Of a stretch of DNA of 24,055 bases, positions 17,203 through 24,055 are shown piece after piece (the first letter of the stretch is position 1; each line of letters starts with the position of its first letter). Origin of the DNA: Actinomycetota bacterium (GTDB taxonomy: Bacteria > Actinomycetota > Acidimicrobiia > Spongiisociales > ZC4RG35); contig JBKHJQ010000001.1 in the NCBI GenBank assembly GCA_046538055.1, forward strand, positions 1 to 24,055, read 5' to 3'. The notes under the pieces are model-generated. The model saw only the letters and a program-made list of their open reading frames with translations. It searched no databases and had not been told where the DNA came from. Made by a program: the position numbers and the translations under genes.

Positions 17203-17240
17203 GAACACACCGCTGTTCCAATTCAGGGGAAACGCTGTTC
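17203..17240. promoter_or_regulatory. Putative regulator sites in the ppdK/kinase divergent region
   Basis: Inverted repeat GAACA-N6-TGTTC (17203-17218) and direct repeat CGCTGTTC at 17211 and 17233 (22-bp period). Confidence 0.35.
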
Positions 17241-17255
17241 GGCCGATACAGCCAT

Positions 17256-18965
17256 GTGAACGCGCTGGCTTCCGTGAGCCGCCCGACGCAAGTCTGGGTG
17301 ATCTCCCTGCTCACCTGGCTGGCCGCCGCGCTCCTCGTCGAGATCCTCTGGGGCGGGCGGCTCCTGGTCGAGGTTGGGGTCGTGATCGGCCTCGTCGCCG
17401 CCTACACGACCGCCGGCTGGATGATCCTCTCCAAGCTCCGCCGCATACCGCGGGAGGAGAGAACCGCCTGGCGCCTCATCGCGGTCAGCTTCCTGATGGT
17501 GGCGGTGGGGATGGTGTCGATGGCAGTCACCTCCCTGCTGAGTCCCCGGGTGGGGGCGTTCGGCCCCATGGACCTGCTGTTCCTGGCAGCCTACGGGGTG
17601 GGCGTCGTCGGAATCGCCTGTCTGCCTCCCCTGCAGCGGGCCTCCTCCCGCAGGCGCCTCCTCCTAGACGGCTCGATCGGTGCGGTGTCGATCGCGGCGT
17701 TGATGTGGGTGGTGGTGGGCGAGGATCTGTACCGCGAACTCTCCTCGGGACCCCGCTGGGACCTGGTGGTGGGCAGCGCCTATCCCATACTCGACCTGGC
17801 CTCGTTCGTGGTGGTGATGCTGGTGGTCCTGAAGAGGCACAGCTACCGCTTCGACCCCCGCCTGCTGGCCGTGGGCGGCGCTCTGGTGGCCCAGGCTGTG
17901 GGAGACGTCCTCTACTTCCGGGCGGGGGTCGGATCCGGCTTCCTGGAAGCCGACCCTCTCTACTCCCTCCATCTGGTGGCGGCCGCAAGCCTGGTGATCA
18001 GCGCCCTGATAGCGGAACGGCGCCCCTCCCCCCGAGAATTCGCCCAGCGGGACACACCGTGGACCGCGCTGCTCGCCCCATACGCCGCCGCCGCGGCCCT
18101 CACAGTCGTGACGGGAGCCCGGGTGGTCATGGCCCAGGAGCTGGACGCCAGCCTCCGGTTTCTCCTTCTCGCCACGTTCGTGGTGGTGTGTCTGGTCGTG
18201 ATACGCCAGCTCCACTCCATCCGGGAGAACCGGACGCTGGTGGAACGGGAACGGGAGACGCTGGTGTCGTCCATCTCGCACGAGCTGCGCACCCCCCTCA
18301 CCGCCGTGGTGGCGGGCCTGGAGATCCTCGGCGACGGCATGGAGCTCCCCGAGGCGGAGCGACACGAGCTCCTCATGACCTCCCGCGACCAGGCCCGGTA
18401 CCTGTCGCGCACGGTCTCGGACCTCGTCCTCGCCGCCAGGGAGAGTCCGGCGAGCATGGCTCTGAGACCTGTCTTCACCGACATACGTTGGCTAGTGGAC
18501 GAAGCAGTGGCCGGCATGGTGGATCGTCCCGCCCACCTCGAGATCGACTGTCCAGAGGGTCTGAGTGCCGAGGTGGATCCCGACCGCCTCACTCAGCTAC
18601 TGGTGAACCTCCTCGACAACGCCCGCCGCTACGGCGGGCAGCTGTGCACGGTGACCGCAAGGTCGGGTGGGGAGGGCCTGACGCTGGAGGTCCACGACGA
18701 CGGCCCCGGCGTCCCGGAGCGGTATCGGGAACTGATCTGGAAGCGGTTCGAGCGGGGGGTCCATCGCCTGGATGGCGCCATCCCCGGTTCGGGCATCGGC
18801 CTGCCTCTGGTGGGCATCATCGCCCGGGCCCACGGAGGGTCCGCCTCCTACGTCCAATCCGAGCTGTTGGGCGGAGCCTGCTTCCGTGTGGTCCTCCCCC
18901 AGCGGCCGGTCCGGGCTCGTCAGATCCCCCCGGTCTCACCCCGCGCCCGTCAGATCAGCTCTTGA
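17256..18965 (+). CDS. Membrane-bound sensor histidine kinase (polytopic N-terminal domain, HisKA, HATPase_c)
   Basis: H-box ISHELRTPLT, N-box NLLDNARRY, G1 DDGPGV, F-box RFERG, G2 GSGIGL; the first ~310 aa are a run of hydrophobic helices. Confidence 0.92.
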   Translation: MNALASVSRPTQVWVISLLTWLAAALLVEILWGGRLLVEVGVVIGLVAAYTTAGWMILSKLRRIPREERTAWRLIAVSFLMVAVGMVSMAVTSLLSPRVGAFGPMDLLFLAAYGVGVVGIACLPPLQRASSRRRLLLDGSIGAVSIAALMWVVVGEDLYRELSSGPRWDLVVGSAYPILDLASFVVVMLVVLKRHSYRFDPRLLAVGGALVAQAVGDVLYFRAGVGSGFLEADPLYSLHLVAAASLVISALIAERRPSPREFAQRDTPWTALLAPYAAAAALTVVTGARVVMAQELDASLRFLLLATFVVVCLVVIRQLHSIRENRTLVERERETLVSSISHELRTPLTAVVAGLEILGDGMELPEAERHELLMTSRDQARYLSRTVSDLVLAARESPASMALRPVFTDIRWLVDEAVAGMVDRPAHLEIDCPEGLSAEVDPDRLTQLLVNLLDNARRYGGQLCTVTARSGGEGLTLEVHDDGPGVPERYRELIWKRFERGVHRLDGAIPGSGIGLPLVGIIARAHGGSASYVQSELLGGACFRVVLPQRPVRARQIPPVSPRARQISS

Positions 18966-19038
18966 GCTGAAGCAGCACTTCCGGACAAGACACGCACCGG
19001 CAACTTGGTCGCCGTAACTCCAATGGGAAGCTGCTGGT

Positions 19039-19269
19039 TCAATGGTGGCTCTCCAGGACCCGGCGACGCTCCAGATACTCCTCCTGGTCGATCTCTCCCC
19101 GGGCGAATCGCTCGTCCAGGACTTGCAGAGCCCGGGCCGGCTCGGAGCGGGCCGACCCGGTCGTCGAACGGATCCCCCAGATCGCCAGGGCGATGATGAT
19201 CAGCCAGAAGGCCACCATCATCGTCCACCCCCACACGCCCATTCCGTTCCAGTGCCACATGTGCATCAC
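19039..19269 (-). CDS. SHOCT domain-containing small membrane protein
   Basis: One TM segment plus C-terminal ALQVLDERFARGEIDQEEYLERRRVL (SHOCT consensus); Met/His/Trp-rich N-terminus; SD GGAGGTG. Confidence 0.88.
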   Translation of the reverse strand: MMHMWHWNGMGVWGWTMMVAFWLIIIALAIWGIRSTTGSARSEPARALQVLDERFARGEIDQEEYLERRRVLESHH

Positions 19270-19458
19270 CTCCCCGCGTGAACCTAACGCTTGCCCGAGC
19301 GCAGCTGGAGGGTAGGAAGTCCCATCTCCCGGGACCCCAGTGGCGTGGTTCCGCCGCCGCCGAAGCTCACCGGCTCCGGGGGGCGATGGCCGGTTCGCCT
19401 CTGTCAGATCCCGCGGGAGGCGCGGGAGCCCTCCCCGCCCGGTATGTAGTCTCTGGAG

Positions 19459-19893
19459 GTGGCATTGTCCCCCCGCCTTCGCTCTGTGGTCGACGCCCTC
19501 CCCCTCGCGCCCGGAATGCGGGTGATCGAGATCGGGTGCGGTCCGGGAGTAGCCGCCCGCGAGGTGGCATCACGGGTGGGTCCCGCCGGGCACGTTCTGG
19601 CAGTGGACCGATCGTCCCGGGCGATCGCACAGCTCGAATCCCGCGCCGGCGATCTGATCACATCGGGACGGCTGACCCTCCGGCACGCCGCAGCCGAAGA
19701 TCTGGAGTTGGAAGAAGGGGAAGACCGGTATGATCTGGCGTTCGCGATCCGGGTGGGGGCCTTCGACGGCCGCCACCCCCGGGCGGGCGCCAGGGCCTTG
19801 GGGAAGCTCAGCCGTGCGCTCGTACCCGGCGGCATGCTCCTGGTCGACGGGGGTGACCCGCTCCGGCGCGTGGTGATCCCGCCACCTCCCTGA
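19459..19893 (+). CDS. Short class I SAM-dependent methyltransferase domain protein
   Basis: Motif I VIEIGCGPG, motif II LAVDRS, YDLAFAI; 144 aa. Start may be TTG 19465, 5 nt after GGAGG. Confidence 0.85.
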   Translation: MALSPRLRSVVDALPLAPGMRVIEIGCGPGVAAREVASRVGPAGHVLAVDRSSRAIAQLESRAGDLITSGRLTLRHAAAEDLELEEGEDRYDLAFAIRVGAFDGRHPRAGARALGKLSRALVPGGMLLVDGGDPLRRVVIPPPP

Positions 19894-19920
19894 TCGGCCC
19901 ACTGCTTTCTGGGACCTTCA

Positions 19921-19939
19921 CCTTCGACGCGATCGAAGG
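19921..19939. terminator. Hairpin between convergent genes
   Basis: CCTTCGA-CGCGA-TCGAAGG, a 7-bp perfect stem. Confidence 0.3.
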
Positions 19940-20031
19940 GCTCTTCCTGGCGGGGCGTGGCTGTTGGGTATCACGGGGGGATCTCCATGCTCCACCGCAG
20001 TTCCGCTCCCGGCTCGCCTGATCATTTGCCT

Positions 20032-20685
20032 TCAGGGGTCGGATGATCGGATCGGCTCCACGCCCATGTCGGTGAGGAGCCGGCGAACCCTGACCTCCAG
20101 CTCGTCGCGTATGGGACGGACCCCTTCGACGTCCTTGCCGGCCGGGTCATCCAGCTGCCAGTCCAGGTATCGCTTTCCGGGGATCACCGGGCAGGCGTCC
20201 CCACATCCCATTGTCACGACGACGTCGGCCGCCTGGAGCGTCTCATCCGTCCAGGGCTTGGGGAAGCTGTCGGTGATGTCGATTCCGACCTCTCCCATGG
20301 CCTCCACCGCCGCCGGGTTCACCGACTCGGCAGGGGCGGACCCTCCGGAGAGGACCGTCACCTGGTCACCCGCCAGGTGCTGCAGCCATCCGGCCGCCAT
20401 CTGGGAGCGACCGGCATTGTGGACGCAGAGGAACAGGACAGTGGGTCTAGTGGTCATGTCGGGCCTTTCGGTCTGGATGGCGGCCATGAGCCGCTCCTTG
20501 GCGAATCGCTCGGCCAGAAGAGGAACGAACGTGGCGATCCTCGCCCCTCCGGACAGCCGGGCCAGTGAATCGGAGAGGATCCTCTCAATGGTCTCCGGAC
20601 CGAACGTGCCGGCGAAATGACCCCGCAGCCTTTCGGCGGCATGGTGCAGGAACTCGCGTTCGTGCAGCATCTCATCATCCGGCAT
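20032..20685 (-). CDS. arsC: Arsenate reductase, LMWP fold, thioredoxin-type, with N-terminal three-helix-bundle extension
   Basis: P-loop FLCVHNAGRSQ, resolving pair MGCGDACP, DW.LDDP; ~75-aa N-terminal extension (AAERLRGHFAGTFGPETIERIL...TFVPLLAERFAKERL); SD GAGGAG before ATG 20685. Confidence 0.92.
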   Translation of the reverse strand: MPDDEMLHEREFLHHAAERLRGHFAGTFGPETIERILSDSLARLSGGARIATFVPLLAERFAKERLMAAIQTERPDMTTRPTVLFLCVHNAGRSQMAAGWLQHLAGDQVTVLSGGSAPAESVNPAAVEAMGEVGIDITDSFPKPWTDETLQAADVVVTMGCGDACPVIPGKRYLDWQLDDPAGKDVEGVRPIRDELEVRVRRLLTDMGVEPIRSSDP

Positions 20686-21394
20686 GGTCGGACTCCTCTC
20701 GTCGATTCCCCTCGTGCGGGACAACGATCTCCTGGGCTTGCGCCCGGGACGGGTGGAACAGGAAGGCCACCAGGGCAACTGCCAGCGCCGTGCCCACCGC
20801 CTGACCCGCCAGGAACCCGGGTACACCCGCCGGGGCGATCCCGGTCCAGGTGTCGGTGAACACGCGACCCACCGTGACCGCCGGGTTGGCGAAAGCGGCC
20901 GAGGACGTGAAGAAGATGGCGGCGGTGATGTAGGCACCCACCGCCGCCGGCACCGCCTGGGGGCGGGCGGAGCGAGCGGTACCGAAGATGACCAACAGGA
21001 GTCCCAACGTCGCCACGACCTCACTGGCCGCCATCTCGACACCGACACGTTGCGTGCCGGCCAGCTCGAGAACAGGCTCACCGAAGATTCGGTTGGCGAC
21101 CGCCACACCCAACACGGCCCCTATCAACTGAACGATCACGTAGCCGACGGCCTGGCGCCTACCGATCCCTCCGAAGGCTGCATCCACGATCGTGACGGCC
21201 GGGTTGAAGTGCCCACCCGACACCGGTCCCAGCGCGACGATGAGCGCGGCGAGGGCGACACCCACCACGACGGCATGCTGGAACAGCTGAGCCGAGCCCG
21301 CTCCGCCCGCCGATGTGGCGATTCCGGAACCGACGATGGCGATGAGCAGGAAGGCCGTTCCCACCAACTCGGCCACCAGCCTGCGTCGATTCAT
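20675..21394 (-). CDS. MIP-family aquaglyceroporin (AqpS-like arsenite channel)
   Basis: AELVGT, two NPA boxes (GGHFNPAV, FANPAV), SEVVAT, FTDTWTGIAP; ATGA overlap with arsR; sits inside an ars operon. Confidence 0.92.
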   Translation of the reverse strand: MNRRRLVAELVGTAFLLIAIVGSGIATSAGGAGSAQLFQHAVVVGVALAALIVALGPVSGGHFNPAVTIVDAAFGGIGRRQAVGYVIVQLIGAVLGVAVANRIFGEPVLELAGTQRVGVEMAASEVVATLGLLLVIFGTARSARPQAVPAAVGAYITAAIFFTSSAAFANPAVTVGRVFTDTWTGIAPAGVPGFLAGQAVGTALAVALVAFLFHPSRAQAQEIVVPHEGNRREESDHAG

Positions 21395-22062
21395 GCCGCC
21401 CGGCTCCGCAGGCGGTCCACCCGGGAGGCGATGTCCGCGAAGGCCGACCTGAACGCCTCCGGTCCCCCATCGACCGGGTCGGGAATCGACCAGTGCATCC
21501 TCGCCCCCCGCAACGGGACCCCCGACTCCAGCGCCCGATCGCACACGGTCACGACCAGATCGGCCGCTTCCGGCACGGCTTCGTAGCCCTTGGGCCGCCT
21601 GTCCGATAGATCCACCCCATAGACGCGGGCCGGGGCCAGCGCTCCTGGATGCACCCGCCGGGCGGGACTGGTTCCGGCACTCCAGGCGGTGCCTCCTCCT
21701 GCCTCCCAGAGGGCCTCTGCGAACTGGGAGCGAGCAGAATTGTGGCTGCAGAGGAACACCACCGTCGACGGAAGAGGTGACGCCTCCACACCCGCCTGGA
21801 CCCGAGCCAGCTTCTCGGGCCGGAGGCGCACGTAGCGGCGGCGAGCATCGCCTTCGGAGCGGCGCCGATCCACGATCCCCGCCTCCTCCAGGATTCCCAG
21901 GTGGAAGGCGAGGAGGTTGCTGGAGAGTCCTGTGATCTCACACAGCTCGCCGGGGGTCCGGTCCCAGTGGATGAGACTATCCACCAGCCGCACGCGATGC
22001 TCGTCCGCCAGGGCCCGATGCAGCGCCGCTCGCTCCCACACCGGGGGTTTTCCCTCAATCAC
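21391..22062 (-). CDS. ArsR/SmtB-family HTH regulator fused to an LMWP/ArsC-like domain
   Basis: N-terminal HRALADEHRVRLV...SSNLLAFHLGILEEAGIV..RRSEGD.RRRY winged HTH; C-terminal FLCSHNSARSQ, VVTVCD, HWSIPDP. Confidence 0.9.
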   Translation of the reverse strand: MIEGKPPVWERAALHRALADEHRVRLVDSLIHWDRTPGELCEITGLSSNLLAFHLGILEEAGIVDRRRSEGDARRRYVRLRPEKLARVQAGVEASPLPSTVVFLCSHNSARSQFAEALWEAGGGTAWSAGTSPARRVHPGALAPARVYGVDLSDRRPKGYEAVPEAADLVVTVCDRALESGVPLRGARMHWSIPDPVDGGPEAFRSAFADIASRVDRLRSRAA

Positions 22063-22076
22063 TATTGAGATAATAG
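22054..22076. promoter_or_regulatory. Leaderless ars promoter with overlapping palindromes (putative ArsR operator)
   Basis: Minus-strand TATTAT (22075-22070) lies 7 nt before the GTG start; palindromes CTCAAT-CACT-ATTGAG (22054-22069) and CTATT-GAGAT-AATAG (22062-22076) form an AT-rich island. Confidence 0.65.
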
Positions 22077-22134
22077 CCCCTCGGCCGGACCACCCCCGTC
22101 AAATCATGTCTTTTCTGCGAGCTGCACCGAAGAT

Positions 22135-22563
22135 ATGACGATGACAGCCATCCGATACGCCCTGTGCGACGAGGGTCCAGCCGCTTCCATCTACAAGACC
22201 GCGGACGATGCCGTCCTCGCCGCCGGCCATGCCGACCCCCGAACAGGATGCCGCACCGTGGGGGTGGAGGTGATTCCGCCTGACGACGCCTGGAGTGACT
22301 CCTATGTCATCGAGGCGGGTTCTCCCCAGTGGGAACGCATCGCCGCCCGGGCCGCCAGGAACCTGGCTGGGCCCCCCGAGCCGCTCCTCTCCCCCACCGG
22401 GGGAACTGCTGAGGGCCCTTTCGTCCTCTACCTCCGTGCACCCAACTGGGACTGGGCCCCGGTCGCCTCACTGGCCGGGAGGGACGAGGCCGACCAGGCC
22501 CGGGAGGACCTGGTGGCCGTTGTGGGTCCCCGCCGGGTCAGACTGGCCGCTGCCGGCGAGTGA
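22135..22563 (+). CDS. Hypothetical protein (142 aa)
   Basis: Balanced, protein-like composition unlike the Arg/Pro/Gly-rich shadow ORFs; fills the gap divergent from arsR. Confidence 0.6.
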   Translation: MTMTAIRYALCDEGPAASIYKTADDAVLAAGHADPRTGCRTVGVEVIPPDDAWSDSYVIEAGSPQWERIAARAARNLAGPPEPLLSPTGGTAEGPFVLYLRAPNWDWAPVASLAGRDEADQAREDLVAVVGPRRVRLAAAGE

Positions 22564-22619
22564 AAGCGAACGGCTGCGCCCGGCGCGGCCACCTGGTCGG
22601 GTTCGAGGGGATGAACCGC

Positions 22620-22865
22620 CTACCGGCGATTCCCCTCCCGGGCGTCATCGGCGTCCCCGCCATCCGGCGGTCGTCCGGCCCGTCCCCGCACGCGGGGCGC
22701 CTGCATGGGGCGGTGCCCGTAGCAGAACGGCCCCGGGTTGTAGCGGCTGAGCGGAGTCCCACAGCTGGGGCAATGCCTTCCGTCCGGGTGGGTTCGTGGT
22801 GCCCGCGTGGGAGTCGATGCGGCCCGGCTGGCACGAATCACGCTGTCGCTACTCACCTGAGCCAT
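22620..22865 (-). CDS. Small hypothetical protein with a CxxC-x12-CxxH putative zinc finger
   Basis: GGAGG 5 nt before the ATG; core GRHCPSCGTPLSRYNPGPFCYGH followed by a basic PRVRGR tail. Confidence 0.7.
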   Translation of the reverse strand: MAQVSSDSVIRASRAASTPTRAPRTHPDGRHCPSCGTPLSRYNPGPFCYGHRPMQAPRVRGRAGRPPDGGDADDAREGNRR

Positions 22866-23005
22866 GACGCCTCCTCTCGTCTCAGGGTCCGGGGCGCTCG
22901 TGAGGGCGAGGCTACGGAGGCACCGCTCCCCCCGTTAGGGCCGGAAGTCCACGATCCGACCCCGCGGCCGGGACCTCCATGCTCCCGATATCGGCTCCGG
23001 GCCCA

Positions 23006-24055
23006 TCACGTTGGCCCGGAGAGGACACGTGCCACCTCGTCCCTCGTCGGCCACGGGACGAAACCGCCGGCCCGATCCCGGACGCCCGCCCCCTCCTCCA
23101 CGGTGCCGATCCGGGCCGCCCGATACCCTCCCGATCGCAGCTCATGCACCGCCTGCTCCCATCTGTCGGGAGGGAAGGCTGCCAGCAGGGTGCCGGAACC
23201 CAGCGTCCCCCAGGGATCGGCCCCCAGCTCCTGGCAGACCGCTACTCCCGGCGGGAACCACAACACGGCCTCCATGTCCACGGTGACGGCGACGGAGGCC
23301 GCCACCGCCATCTCATGCAGCCCCGAAGCCAGCCCGCCCTCGGTGGGATCGTGCATGGCAGTTGCTCCCAGGCGGGCCGCCTCCAGCGCCGGCTCCACCA
23401 CCGAGATACCCGGGTCCTCCAGCCCCCGGGAAGCCGCTTCCAGCATTCCGCTCGGCAGTCCCTGCAGCAGTGCGGCGGCCTCGGCGGCGAGCACGGCGGC
23501 TCCCTCTACCGGGGTGGGCCCGACCTGGACCAGGACATCTCCCGGGCCGGCGCCGGAAGTGGAGAGGAACCCCTCTCCCGTTCCCATCATCTGGCCCACC
23601 ACCACGGGCTGGGTGACGGCCTCCGTCACCTCGGTGTGACCGCCCACCAGGGAGGCGCCCACTTCCTCCAGGCCGTCTCTCAGCGTGGAGAAGATGCCTT
23701 GCGCCTCGCCGGCGGTGGCGCCGGGGGGCAGGAGGACCACTGCCAGAAACCAGCGGGGCCGGACGCCGGAAACGGCCACGTCGTTGGCGTTGATGATCAC
23801 GGCGCTCCGGCCCACATCTCGGGTGGTGAGTGTGATCGGGTCGGTGGCCGCAACCAGGGCGCCGGCGGGAACGTCGATGACGCAGGCGTCCTCTCCGACG
23901 GCCGGACCCAACAAGACGTCGGGTCCCGGCGCGGGAATGCCGGAAAGCAAACGCGCCAGCAGCCGGTTGGGCAGCTTCCCGGGGGCCAGGGCTGGTTCGT
24001 GATCGGCGATGGAGTCATCGTAGGGCGAGCCGCCGCCGGCCCACCGGGAGAGCAT
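23006..24055 (-). CDS. AIR synthase-related protein (PurM/HypE/ThiL/SelD superfamily); start may lie beyond the window
   Basis: PGKLP, VLLGPAVGEDACV, ATDPIT, NANDVAVSG..PRWF, LVGGHTEVT, AMHDPTEGGL, GSGTLL, C-terminal RDEVARVL. Confidence 0.85.
   Translation of the reverse strand: MLSRWAGGGSPYDDSIADHEPALAPGKLPNRLLARLLSGIPAPGPDVLLGPAVGEDACVIDVPAGALVAATDPITLTTRDVGRSAVIINANDVAVSGVRPRWFLAVVLLPPGATAGEAQGIFSTLRDGLEEVGASLVGGHTEVTEAVTQPVVVGQMMGTGEGFLSTSGAGPGDVLVQVGPTPVEGAAVLAAEAAALLQGLPSGMLEAASRGLEDPGISVVEPALEAARLGATAMHDPTEGGLASGLHEMAVAASVAVTVDMEAVLWFPPGVAVCQELGADPWGTLGSGTLLAAFPPDRWEQAVHELRSGGYRAARIGTVEEGAGVRDRAGGFVPWPTRDEVARVLSGPT

Noticed and set aside
17203-17218. LexA box upstream of the kinase/ppdK
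   Set aside because: The spacer between GAAC and GTTC is 8 nt, not the required 4.
17254-17259. ATG-TGA start-stop overlapping the kinase GTG start
   Set aside because: No SD supports it, and a 6-mer coincidence cannot be distinguished from chance.
19409-19427. TCCCGCG-GGAGG-CGCGGGA hairpin in the SHOCT/methyltransferase divergent gap
   Set aside because: A real 7-bp stem, but GC-only, single and not overlapping either SD; no function can be supported.
20032-21108. 358-aa version of arsC from the ORF track
   Set aside because: The extra N-terminal part overlaps the aquaporin in another frame and is not protein-like; ATG 20685 has a clear SD.
1-24055. Mobile element, prophage, defence system, CRISPR, tRNA or rRNA
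   Set aside because: No transposase, integrase, phage, cas or nuclease motifs, no terminal repeats, no tRNA-like cloverleaf and no obvious compositional break were seen by eye.

Overview
Very GC-rich bacterial DNA. The gene styles (leaderless promoters, TnrB-like ABC exporter, PPOX-class F420 enzyme, three-helix-bundle ArsC) point to Actinomycetota, possibly Acidimicrobiia; this is inference. Left to right: a TetR-ABC exporter operon (partial permease); a DUF1801 protein and a small membrane protein; a self-contained PTS (HPr, EI, and an EIIA-EIIB-EIIC set of the UlaA/SgaT family) with a SAM methyltransferase inserted and a divergent single-chain transketolase; a sulfotransferase; a PPOX-class oxidoreductase; a GH15 glycosidase that appears decayed (internal in-frame deletion, ATC at the expected start); pyruvate phosphate dikinase; an orphan membrane histidine kinase; a SHOCT protein; a short methyltransferase; an arsenic operon (ArsR-LMWP fusion, aquaglyceroporin, ArsC); two small hypothetical proteins; and an AIR-synthase-like protein at the right edge. 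I see no rRNA, tRNA, CRISPR array, transposase or integrase. The best candidate for an undescribed system is the PTS-transketolase-methyltransferase module, which has none of the canonical ascorbate catabolic enzymes in the window. All family calls are by motif recognition, with no database searches.
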